DNA of 64,000 nt from an uncultured bacterium (GTDB taxonomy: Bacteria; Oederibacteriota; Oederibacteriia; Oederibacteriales; Oederibacteriaceae). The notes below the pieces were generated by a model. That model saw nothing but the letters and a program-made list of their open reading frames with translations, had not been told where the DNA came from and did no database searches. The stretch covers positions 2,400,001-2,464,000 of the forward strand of contig OZ218778.1 in assembly GCA_965112635.1 (NCBI GenBank), given 5' to 3'. This document shows, piece after piece, positions 1 through 9,108 of this stretch (its first letter is position 1; the number at the start of each line of letters is the position of its first letter). Position numbers and translations under genes: made by a program.

Positions 1-2
1 TA

Positions 3-2357
3 ATGATCAAAATCCCGTCACGTTGTAACGACAATAAATTCAAATCCGGCTTTTTAGGAGCAGCTATAGGCTTGCTCGTCTTGGCTGCTACAGGACTGCA
101 CGCCGGAGACGGCTTTCTCGTCACAATCCCGGCCGACCAGCTGACCGCCCTGGACGAATCATCGTGGTCAGCCCCTGAAAAAATCGGAGACAAGGTCGTC
201 CGCAAGGTCCTTAAAGCCAAAACAGGTTCTTTCACCATCCCTGCTTGGTGGGGGCAAACTCCTCGTCCTGAGGAAGGGTCAGTTTATGTTCTGGAAATAG
301 ATTACCGTGACGACTTATCCTCCCCCGCCATTGTTTCTTCTTTTGGAAATTGCGAACACCACAATACCTCAAGCGAACTCCACCGCTTTGGCGGCGAAGC
401 CTCAGGCCAGTGGAAAACAGCCGACATCCCTGTTTCCTGGGACTATCTCTATGTTGGTCCTGGCAATCCGGCTGGCGGGAACAAACAGCTGTTCTCCATT
501 CGCGCGACAGACGAAAATGCCAACCTGGACATCAGGGGGGTCCGCGTGAGAAAAGCTTCCTCTGCTGACGAGGAGCGGTATAACGCCGAAACCCGCGCGT
601 GGATCGCCAAAGCCCAGCTCCGCCACGACCCGTCCAAGATCATCCAGTTGACGGCCACGGCGGCTGTTCTTCCGGACGAATGGCAGACCAAAGCCTGCGT
701 TCCTTTTTCCCGCAGTTACTTAGACCCCATTTTGCCTTCTGACCAGCCCCAAAAAGACGCTATCGCCAAGACTATCAAAATAGGCTTGGCTCTTAATCAG
801 ACCGAATCGGTTCAACTGGGTGTTTATGCCAACCAGAATAATCTGGACGGGGTCACCTTTTCCGTCAGCGACCTGAAGAATAAAAAAGGTAACACTCTGC
901 AGGTCCAATGCGACCGCTATACCATGGAATACGCCTTGGAGCCCCACGGCGACGGCAAATTTTGGTTTAACGCGGAAAGGCTTTGGCCTTTGTATGAAGC
1001 ATCAATCAAAGCCGGTCAGTCCCAGAGTTTCTGGTTATCTTTTGCAACAGACCCCAAAACCGCCAAACCCGGAACTTATCGCGGCGAGATCACCTTCAGC
1101 GCCGTTAGCGGCACCAATAAAATAACGGAAAAGGTCCCCCTGGATGTGGTCGTAAGGCCCATCCGCCTTCTTACTATGGACGAGGCCGGTCTCAAAGCCG
1201 GCGGCTGTGTTATGGGGGCCGTTCCTTTCCACGACATTTCCTATGCGGTGAAAAATAACCTGAACATGGTTGACCTCTGGGCTTTTTCCTTTTCGCCTGT
1301 CTTGAAGAAGGAGAACGAAAAGCTGGTCATCGACACAACTCTGATGAACGAGTGGATGCAAGGAGCCCGCCAGCGCGGCTGGGGCAGCGCCTATTACTTC
1401 ATGGGCGAGGATCCTTTTAGATTCCCCCTGACCATGTCCACGGAACGCAATCTTTACGGCATCATGCATCAGACCTCCTGGGAGGACAAAGTGCCCACGT
1501 GGAAGGAATTTTGTAAGCTGACCAGCGCCCATCCCAACAGCGTCATCGACGAAGTGAGGCCCTTGTTGGCCCAGTGGATTAAGGAAGTGAGCAAGGCAGC
1601 CAAGGACAATGACTGGCCCTTACTTATCCTGAGTCCTTTTGATGAGCCGGCCAAGTACAGCGAATCAGGCCTCAATGGAGCCGGAGAATTCCAATCGGTC
1701 TGCCTCGGCGCCGGGCCCTATCTCCAACCACACTTCGACGATGTGTGTAAGATGATACGCGACAATGCCACCCCCGGCACTCTTATTGGCGCCGACATCC
1801 ATAATAAAGCCGGCATGGTGTTCCTGCCCTACATCGATGTCTTTGTCACTGACGCGCATAAGCAGGACCCCTCCATGCAGACCAAGGTCCTCGCCGCCGG
1901 CAAGACCTACTGGGAATACGGTTTTCCCAAAGAGCCGTTCCACCAGAGGTTTTCCTGGGGATTCTGGTATGGTGCCCATGGCACCACCGGCATGCTTTTA
2001 TGGGCGTATAACTGGGGCGCCCGCTTTGACATCAGCGAAGGCGACAATTCCATAATTTGCTGGGACACTCCTTTTCGTACCATCCCTAGCCCCTTTTATG
2101 AGGCTATTCGCGAAGGCCTGGATGACCGCCGTTATATTGAAACGCTTAAGCGCGTAGCCAAGGCCAAAGGCAAGGAGAAACAAGAGTCCGCTTTCCTTCA
2201 AAATATCTATGACCAGGCGCTCTCTGAACGCTACCAGGGAAAAAGCGACACCTACGACGAGTGGTTTTCCTGGGCTGAGGAACAGCCCCAGGACGCGGAT
2301 ACCCTGGACCAGTGGCGCGACGCCATAGCTGACAAAATTGTCGAATTGTCCAAGTGA
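3..2357 (+). CDS. Secreted glycoside-hydrolase-like protein (GH123/DUF4091-like C-terminus)
   Basis: 784-aa ORF; signal-peptide-like N-terminus (LLVLAATGLHA); C-terminal motif PSPFYEAIREGLDDRRYIETL resembles DUF4091/GH123-like proteins. Confidence 0.55.
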   Translation: MIKIPSRCNDNKFKSGFLGAAIGLLVLAATGLHAGDGFLVTIPADQLTALDESSWSAPEKIGDKVVRKVLKAKTGSFTIPAWWGQTPRPEEGSVYVLEIDYRDDLSSPAIVSSFGNCEHHNTSSELHRFGGEASGQWKTADIPVSWDYLYVGPGNPAGGNKQLFSIRATDENANLDIRGVRVRKASSADEERYNAETRAWIAKAQLRHDPSKIIQLTATAAVLPDEWQTKACVPFSRSYLDPILPSDQPQKDAIAKTIKIGLALNQTESVQLGVYANQNNLDGVTFSVSDLKNKKGNTLQVQCDRYTMEYALEPHGDGKFWFNAERLWPLYEASIKAGQSQSFWLSFATDPKTAKPGTYRGEITFSAVSGTNKITEKVPLDVVVRPIRLLTMDEAGLKAGGCVMGAVPFHDISYAVKNNLNMVDLWAFSFSPVLKKENEKLVIDTTLMNEWMQGARQRGWGSAYYFMGEDPFRFPLTMSTERNLYGIMHQTSWEDKVPTWKEFCKLTSAHPNSVIDEVRPLLAQWIKEVSKAAKDNDWPLLILSPFDEPAKYSESGLNGAGEFQSVCLGAGPYLQPHFDDVCKMIRDNATPGTLIGADIHNKAGMVFLPYIDVFVTDAHKQDPSMQTKVLAAGKTYWEYGFPKEPFHQRFSWGFWYGAHGTTGMLLWAYNWGARFDISEGDNSIICWDTPFRTIPSPFYEAIREGLDDRRYIETLKRVAKAKGKEKQESAFLQNIYDQALSERYQGKSDTYDEWFSWAEEQPQDADTLDQWRDAIADKIVELSK

Positions 2358-2378
2358 TGCCCTGGTATGTCCCTGTAA

Positions 2379-2543
2379 ATAATTCTTGGCGAGAACGGCG
2401 TCTTACTTCTGGCTTTCAGCCGTCCCGGCGTGTGTGTCTCGGCTTCCTCGGACGGCGGCCGGAAATGGTCGGCCCCAGTGCCTGTTATCAAGGGGGATGT
2501 AGAAAATTTATCTGTTGAGGTCCGTAAAATTACCGTTTCATAG
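2379..2543 (+). pseudogene. Remnant of a sialidase/BNR (Asp-box) protein
   Basis: Start-less frame reads ILGENGVLLLAFSRPGVCVSASSDGGRKWSAP, containing Asp-box SxDGGxxW; in-frame TAA at 2376-2378 just upstream. Confidence 0.55.
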
Positions 2544-2910
2544 CCCTGACATCATCAGCGATATCCGCGATGATGACAAATAATAAATAACAGATGATTC
2601 CAAAGGCGAGAAGTCCAAATGCTCCCCCAAGAGCCGGCAGATTGACCTGGTCTCCGCCGTAGTCCACATTGTTGATCATCTTTGGAATATGGACTTTCCA
2701 GTACACGATACAAATATACATGGCGCTAAATACGCTGCCGATTAAGACCAATATTCCCAACGCCCTCAACAAGATCGTTTTAATGGCAAAATCCCCAGAC
2801 GCGGCTTGGACTGTCTTTTGTTCCCTGGATGGATCGGATACAGCAGCCCCGCAAAACACGCATTCCGTTGCCGAGTCGGCTATCTCCTTGCCGCACTTCC
2901 TGCAATGCAT
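2530..2910 (-). CDS. Zinc-ribbon domain membrane protein
   Basis: MHCRKCG...CVFCG CxxC pair plus two hydrophobic helices; AGGAGG SD upstream of the ATG at 2910. Confidence 0.7.
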   Translation of the reverse strand: MHCRKCGKEIADSATECVFCGAAVSDPSREQKTVQAASGDFAIKTILLRALGILVLIGSVFSAMYICIVYWKVHIPKMINNVDYGGDQVNLPALGGAFGLLAFGIICYLLFVIIADIADDVRAMKR

Positions 2911-2966
2911 ACACTTCCTCCTTTCAAAATCACAAGTCAACAGCGCGATAAATTGTTATCTGGCTA

Positions 2967-4628
2967 TTAATCTTTAGCAGAATCAAACAGAGAATGCCAC
3001 TTGTTCTTGACGATCTTCAGCCTGCCAAAATCGACGATCAAAACAAAGGCCAGAAAATAGAACTTTAGCGCCTCCAACCCCATATTCTTGACCGCCATCC
3101 CAAAATTATAGCGGATGCCCAGGAAAGCGAACTGCATTAAAAAGATGGCTAAAAGGCCGTAAAAAAGATAAAGGGTCAGGTTCACGCTAAGATACCCAGC
3201 CTGAAGATTTTCGTCGAGGTCCAGGGCGCTCTCCACCATGTTCCTGAAGGCCAGCATCATAAAAACAAGCAGGACTGTGGACAAGATCGAAAACCCTAAA
3301 GACGAGGTGATAAAAAAGTCGTAAAGGCCGTGCACCACCATGGCCGTACCAAAAAAGGCTGGAATATAGAGCCATCCAAGGCCTTTGGCCCGGAATCGGC
3401 TGTAAAAAATACCGTAAACCGCCAGGCAGGTGAGGCAGATATGGATGACGACCGCGATCATGGCGCGTCCCATGATCAGACCCATGGCCACGCGGCTGAA
3501 ATAACCTGTATTCTCAAGACAGGCGAATCCCAAGGCCGACACCGCGGCATAAATGAATAATTCCACGGGTTCTTTGATTTTTTTCAGGACCAGCAAAACA
3601 ATGAGGACCGGCACCGCCTTGCAAAACTCCTCGATCAGCCCTACCCCAAAAATATAAAAAAGGATATCCGGGTAGTCCTTGCCCGTCAGGGCAAAACCAA
3701 GATAAAAATCCGCGGCATCGTATAGGATCGTGCAAAGAACAGCCGAAACCATCCCCATCCCAAAGACCGCGACAAACAAAGATATTTTTTCTTTTTCAAA
3801 AATATCGACAAAATAAATATAGATCAGGAACATCAAAGCGATGACAAGGCTGGCCAGTAAGCTGTCCCAGGCCATCTCGCTTCGCTGGGCCTTGAAAAGG
3901 ATCTGAAAATACCCGACAAAAGCGTTTTCATAAAGAGCTAGGAACCTCAAGTACGCCGGTGGAACATGGCTGGCAAGGGCGGGGTCGTTCTTCAGTTTTC
4001 TTAGTTCGTCTAACTGGCGGTGCTGGTAGAACATTTCGCTCAGGTTTTGCACCGCTCCGTCAATATTTCCTTTTAAAGCGATTTCGCGATAAAAAGCCTG
4101 CCGGGCCAAAACAGGCTGTTCCCTGTGAAGATAAACAAAACCGATTGAATTGTTAAGGTAGGGTAGTTCTCTATTCAGTATTTTGCCGTAAAAACTGAGC
4201 GCCGCGTCCGGATCGTTGCTTTTGGCATAATAATATCCCAGTCCGTAAAAGCCGATATCCCGGATCACGGGGTCCGGAACCTGGGTATAACTGTTGTATT
4301 CCGCAAGAATGGGTTTGTCATCTCGTTCTATAGTGCTGTATCGCGTATGCCTTACTTTGGGTTGGGCCAAATGAGCGTCGAGATAGCCGCGGTGATAGAC
4401 TAAATTCTTGGGGTCCTCATGGATCAGTTTGCGGTATTCGTTCTTTAAGGCGGAAAAATCCAGGCTGGCCCGGGCGCCATCAATGACATTTTGAGGATCG
4501 TGTTCCACCAGGCCATTGAGCCCCTTCACCAGAACAAGAACAAAGGCAATGATACCGAGGGATATCCAGAGGTGTTTTAACATGCCTCTGCTGGAACTGG
4601 CTTGGGATGGGTTCTCTGGTTCGGGCAT
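2967..4628 (-). CDS. PrsW-family intramembrane metalloprotease with N-terminal TPR-like extracytoplasmic region
   Basis: GLIEEFCK, GFACLEN, IH and HGLYDF motifs; many TM helices; TPR-like helices in the N-terminal half. Confidence 0.85.
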   Translation of the reverse strand: MPEPENPSQASSSRGMLKHLWISLGIIAFVLVLVKGLNGLVEHDPQNVIDGARASLDFSALKNEYRKLIHEDPKNLVYHRGYLDAHLAQPKVRHTRYSTIERDDKPILAEYNSYTQVPDPVIRDIGFYGLGYYYAKSNDPDAALSFYGKILNRELPYLNNSIGFVYLHREQPVLARQAFYREIALKGNIDGAVQNLSEMFYQHRQLDELRKLKNDPALASHVPPAYLRFLALYENAFVGYFQILFKAQRSEMAWDSLLASLVIALMFLIYIYFVDIFEKEKISLFVAVFGMGMVSAVLCTILYDAADFYLGFALTGKDYPDILFYIFGVGLIEEFCKAVPVLIVLLVLKKIKEPVELFIYAAVSALGFACLENTGYFSRVAMGLIMGRAMIAVVIHICLTCLAVYGIFYSRFRAKGLGWLYIPAFFGTAMVVHGLYDFFITSSLGFSILSTVLLVFMMLAFRNMVESALDLDENLQAGYLSVNLTLYLFYGLLAIFLMQFAFLGIRYNFGMAVKNMGLEALKFYFLAFVLIVDFGRLKIVKNKWHSLFDSAKD

Positions 4629-4700
4629 CCCGGACCTCCTTAAACACGCCCACTGGCAATTCTTTTTTTAACAAACCAAGTTTAGCACTATTTTTGGGGT

Positions 4701-4776
<76 letters not shown>

Positions 4777-4841
4777 ACCGAAGGGAAGCTATTATATAAC
4801 AAAGGGTAAAACGGGGGAATACCTTAAGAACATTTCCAGGC

Positions 4842-7292
4842 TCAATCCAGGATCGTGAACTTCTGACGCATCCGCAGTTTTGAACTTCTGACAAAATAAA
4901 AATAAATACCGCTGGCCACTAGCTTACCCTTGCTGTCCTTGCCGTCCCAGCGCGCCCACCCCTCCATTCCATGGATCTGGGCAGCCGGTACAGTCGCCAC
5001 GGTTTCTCCGACCATATTGACGATGCTGATACTGATATCCGAATCTGCTGGAAAAGCAATGGTGACATAGGGGTGCAGGGTGAAATCGATGGGATTGGGA
5101 TAGGTGTAGGTAATGCTGATGGGAGGCGTGGGAACTGTCGTCGGAGTGTAAGTGGGGGTGTTGGTAGGGGTAGGCGTAGGGGTCATGCCTATCTTGCTGA
5201 CAAAACCATCCTGGCCCCCGCCGTATGCCGCCTGGATCGGGTTGAGCAAAGGAAAATCCGGCGATGATGTCTTACCGGTCACGTACATGCTCCCGCCGCC
5301 ATCCACGGCGATAGACAAGCCGCTTTCCGACACGCTTCCCCCTAAAAAGGTAGAGAAGAGCAATGCATCTCCCGCGGCATCGATCTCGGCCACAAAGGCG
5401 TTCGTAGCAAACCCCGCGCCTCCCAATATCCCCTGGTAGGGGTTGACCAGCGGAAAATCAGAGGAGGAAGTGTCGCCGGTGATATAGGCGTTACCGCTGC
5501 TGTCCACGGCCACGCTAAGGGCCTCATCAACCCCGCTGCCTCCAAGGAAGGTGGAATAGACCAGACCGCTGCCAGCAGGATTGAGCACCGTGATGAACGC
5601 GTCCTCGACCCCTCCGTGGAGCGTGGGTTGGATGGGGTTCTTGAGAGGAAAATCCGACGATTCCGCGACACCGACCACATAGGCGTTTCCGGAAGGATCC
5701 GCTGCGATCCCCTGCCCAAAATCGTTGATGCTCCCCGTGAGATAGGTCGAATACACCAGGGAGCCGCCTCCTGGCGCCAGCTTGCAAACGAATACGGTCG
5801 GCGTGCCCAAAGCCGCGGCCTGGAACGGATTTTGCGTTGGAAAATTCATGGACATAGTTACTCCAGCCACACACACATTCCCCCCGCCGTCAATGGCGAT
5901 GCCATTCCCCTGGTCGTTAAGGCTTCCTCCCAGGTAGGTGGAAAAAACAAGGCCTCCAGCCGCGTTGATCTCGGTCACATAAGCGTCCCAGGCCCCGCCG
6001 CCAAAAACCGGCTGTAAAGCGTTGGCAGTTGGAAAATTCGGCGAGCTGGTAGCTCCCGTAAGATAGGCATTGAACGCGCTGTCCAAAGCAACGGACAAAC
6101 CCGCATCCTGGCTGCTGCCTCCTAAATAAGTGGAAAAAACAAGGCCGTTGCCTGCCGGATTGATTTTAGCCACAAAAATGTTTTCTGCTCCGGCCAACCC
6201 CCCTTGAATAGCATTTACACAGGGAAAATTGTTGGAAGTAGTAAATCCCACGATATAAGCATTGCCAAACCCGTCAATGGCAATACTCTGGCCCCCATCT
6301 ATTCCGCCGCCGCCCAAATAAGTCGAATAAACATAACCTGTCCCGGCCGCGTTGATCTTGGACACAAAAGCGTTCTGCGTTCCTGCCAAACCGGGCTGCA
6401 GGGCGCCAAGTGTGGGAAAATTCACGGATTGCGTGCCTCCCACCACATAGGCCTCCCCTGCGCTGTCCACGGCGATCCCATTGCCCTGGTCACCGCTATT
6501 CCCCCCCACATAGGTGGAATAAAGAAGGGTCGGGTCTATGACCAGGGGGACGGTATGGTCATAAACCCCCACGGTAAACCCCGCCCGGTCGTTCCCCTGC
6601 ACACTGTATCCTCCGGAAACGCTATTTTTAACCCCATTGAATAATTGGTAAATATCCGGCTTTTTAAAAACTATCTGGCCTTGCTTTGTCTTGATGACCA
6701 AGTCGCCGCCCTGGTCCAGGCTCAATCCCTGGGCTCCGCTGAAAACGAACTGAATGGAGTGAAAATCAGCGCCTGGTTGGACCATAAAATCATGCTCTAC
6801 CAATCTTTGGTTGCCGTGATAGATCAAGTCCACGCCAGGATAGATATTCTTGACCTTGACTTTGGAGTATTGGGTAATATCCGTATGCCACTGTTTGCGG
6901 TCATTGCCTATCAAATAATTGCTCTTTCCGCTTAGCGGGTCCAAAAATTCGGTCTGGGCGCCTTCATTGGCATTGGCCAGCTTGACCCTAAGCACTTCGG
7001 CCTCTCCCAGCTCTCTGTAGTGGAGATCCGTCTTCATGTATTTCTCTTTTATCCCAAGTTTCTTGGAATGTCTGAACACCATCACCATCTCTGAAGAAGT
7101 GAGGAACAGACTATAACCCCCGCCATGGCAGAGGAACTTGGCATCAGGCGCCGTTTGGCCGACATTGGGCTCAAAGACAAGAGGCAGGGTGCCATAGCTC
7201 CTGACCACATTGACCGGCCAGGAATTTTGCACCCTTAGCAGTATTAATAAAGGAACCAATACCAATAAAAACACGATAACAAATTTTTTCAT
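4842..7292 (-). CDS. Secreted SBBP-repeat (beta-propeller) protein with PT linker and FlgD-Ig/T9SS-CTD-like C-terminal domain
   Basis: FEPNVGQ N-terminal domain; repeated YSTYLGG...IAVD..GNAY..G.T.S.NFP units; TPTPTPT linker; YPNP...WDGKD..G..VASGIYF tail. Confidence 0.88.
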   Translation of the reverse strand: MKKFVIVFLLVLVPLLILLRVQNSWPVNVVRSYGTLPLVFEPNVGQTAPDAKFLCHGGGYSLFLTSSEMVMVFRHSKKLGIKEKYMKTDLHYRELGEAEVLRVKLANANEGAQTEFLDPLSGKSNYLIGNDRKQWHTDITQYSKVKVKNIYPGVDLIYHGNQRLVEHDFMVQPGADFHSIQFVFSGAQGLSLDQGGDLVIKTKQGQIVFKKPDIYQLFNGVKNSVSGGYSVQGNDRAGFTVGVYDHTVPLVIDPTLLYSTYVGGNSGDQGNGIAVDSAGEAYVVGGTQSVNFPTLGALQPGLAGTQNAFVSKINAAGTGYVYSTYLGGGGIDGGQSIAIDGFGNAYIVGFTTSNNFPCVNAIQGGLAGAENIFVAKINPAGNGLVFSTYLGGSSQDAGLSVALDSAFNAYLTGATSSPNFPTANALQPVFGGGAWDAYVTEINAAGGLVFSTYLGGSLNDQGNGIAIDGGGNVCVAGVTMSMNFPTQNPFQAAALGTPTVFVCKLAPGGGSLVYSTYLTGSINDFGQGIAADPSGNAYVVGVAESSDFPLKNPIQPTLHGGVEDAFITVLNPAGSGLVYSTFLGGSGVDEALSVAVDSSGNAYITGDTSSSDFPLVNPYQGILGGAGFATNAFVAEIDAAGDALLFSTFLGGSVSESGLSIAVDGGGSMYVTGKTSSPDFPLLNPIQAAYGGGQDGFVSKIGMTPTPTPTNTPTYTPTTVPTPPISITYTYPNPIDFTLHPYVTIAFPADSDISISIVNMVGETVATVPAAQIHGMEGWARWDGKDSKGKLVASGIYFYFVRSSKLRMRQKFTILD

Positions 7293-7394
7293 TTTTTCCT
7301 CTGCGACAGATTTAACCTAGTTAATGGGTCATCTAATTACCAGGGGGTAATTTTATACTAGTTTTCGGCGATTAAAAAGCCTTTAGAAAAAAAA

Positions 7395-8654
7395 CTACTT
7401 TATATAAGGGATGGTCAATGGTCCCTCTGGTAAAACCGCCACGCGGCATTTTGACCCGCATTTTGACCTGAGCTGGTCAAAAGTGGCCTGCAGGTCCTGA
7501 GCAGGCAGAAGCATGGCCTGCCGGGTCGTTTCCTCAGAAAGGGACGAATGCAGATACACCTCGGCCTTGCACTGCACCACAGCCTGTTTCTGGGCCTCCC
7601 ACTGGTCATGCCTGGAAAACCCAGGGCTTTGGATAAGTTGTAGGAGTTCCTGGGGGGTTTTGGCCATCTTCAAAATATCCTTAAAATTACCGTGACTAGG
7701 CAGGCCATCCGAGCACTCCGAAACCAATAAGACAGCCCCGCCCTGCCGGACGATTTGGGCGGCCGCGGCCATACCCTTGACCGATTGGTAGAGGTTCTGG
7801 TCCAAAGGATAACCGCTGTTGCTGGTCACCACAATATCAAACGCCTTATTGACCGGCTGGGTGGCGGTGCAGACTACTTCCTGACAGCCGACCTTATGGG
7901 CTTCCAAATAATGGCCCGCGTAAATACCGGTGATATGTTTTTCCCTGTCCAGGGTCACATTGACCATAAAATCCGGAGGGCACAGGGCTACGGCCTCCCG
8001 GACCGCCTGCTGCAGAGGATTGTCCTCCAGGATAGCCCAACTGGATTTGGGATGGCCGATGAGCGCCGCACTATGCAGAGCCTGGATGGTCTCGATACCG
8101 CCAATGCCGGGCAAAATACCCTTGGGGCCGCCGGAAAACCCCGCGAAAAAATGGGGCTCGATAAATCCGGTTACGATCTTGAAATCAGCGGCCAGATATT
8201 GCTTGTTGACCCAGACCGGGATATTACCCGCTGTCCGGCCCAGACCCGCCAAGGTGGACTGGTCAAAGGCATCATGGTTGACTATCTCCACCGTGTCCGC
8301 GACTTCCCTGCCCAGCATGCTGACCAGCTCTGGCTTGGTGTTGGCCCGGTGAGACCCCGTGCCGTTGACGATGACAAATTGCTTACGCGGCACAAAAGAC
8401 AGCTCCTCCAGTATCCAGGGCACGATGCGCTCATTGGGGGTGGCACGGGTCATATCCGAGATGACAATGGCCACGCGGTCAGTAGGTTTAACCCGCTTGG
8501 CCAATGGAGCGGAACCCAGCGGCGCTCTGAGGCGTTCCATAAATGCCGCTTTTTCGTCTTTTAGAGGCGGCGGGTAATTGGGGCTCAGCACGACCGTATC
8601 AGCCGGGACTTCCAGGCTTAGTCTTTTTTTGCCGTATGGTATTTCCACTTTCAT
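7395..8654 (-). CDS. larA: Nickel-pincer-dependent lactate racemase family protein
   Basis: SDMTR, TGSHR, NHDA, EPHFFAGFSGGPK and DQNLYQSVK motifs; substrate cannot be determined from sequence. Confidence 0.9.
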   Translation of the reverse strand: MKVEIPYGKKRLSLEVPADTVVLSPNYPPPLKDEKAAFMERLRAPLGSAPLAKRVKPTDRVAIVISDMTRATPNERIVPWILEELSFVPRKQFVIVNGTGSHRANTKPELVSMLGREVADTVEIVNHDAFDQSTLAGLGRTAGNIPVWVNKQYLAADFKIVTGFIEPHFFAGFSGGPKGILPGIGGIETIQALHSAALIGHPKSSWAILEDNPLQQAVREAVALCPPDFMVNVTLDREKHITGIYAGHYLEAHKVGCQEVVCTATQPVNKAFDIVVTSNSGYPLDQNLYQSVKGMAAAAQIVRQGGAVLLVSECSDGLPSHGNFKDILKMAKTPQELLQLIQSPGFSRHDQWEAQKQAVVQCKAEVYLHSSLSEETTRQAMLLPAQDLQATFDQLRSKCGSKCRVAVLPEGPLTIPYIK

Positions 8655-8665
8655 ATTAGCCCCTC

Positions 8666-9088
8666 CTAAAATGAAACTTTGGCCACGGATGAACTTCTTA
8701 AAACCGATTCCTGCTGGAACTGTTTTTTATACGCGCTGCGTATCTCTTCTATCTTATTATCCGTGCTTTCATCAGGCCGGTAAAGCAGGATTAGCCAGCG
8801 GCAATTTTCCCTCACCGGCTTGCCGGAATGGTCCAGGTATTGCCCATAACCGCTCAAGACCGTAAGGCCCTCTGGAAAACGCGGAGTAACTTCCTGCGCT
8901 AAAAACCTGTCCCACTCCTTGCTGGTAACCACGTTATTGCCGGGCTTGGACAAACCAAAGGCCAGTTCGGTCCTCACCCAATAGTCGCCTGGAGCTTTTT
9001 GAAGCAAGCCGCTGTGCTTAGAGTGACCGCAGCCAAGAGCTACCAGGATTACAATCAGAAAAACTGTGCTTTTAGACAAAAACCGCAT
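8666..9088 (-). CDS. DUF3574 family lipoprotein
   Basis: Lipobox ALGC; TELAFG, FLAQEVTPRFPEGLTV and YKKQFQQESVLR motifs. Confidence 0.85.
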   Translation of the reverse strand: MRFLSKSTVFLIVILVALGCGHSKHSGLLQKAPGDYWVRTELAFGLSKPGNNVVTSKEWDRFLAQEVTPRFPEGLTVLSGYGQYLDHSGKPVRENCRWLILLYRPDESTDNKIEEIRSAYKKQFQQESVLRSSSVAKVSF

Positions 9089-9108
9089 GTTTCAATGCTC
9101 TTTCATGG

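Noticed and set aside
5180-6540. Repetitive DNA inside the 816-aa gene as a DGR or repeat array
   Set aside because: Explained by degenerate SBBP protein repeats; no reverse transcriptase and no adenine-specific TR/VR pair seen
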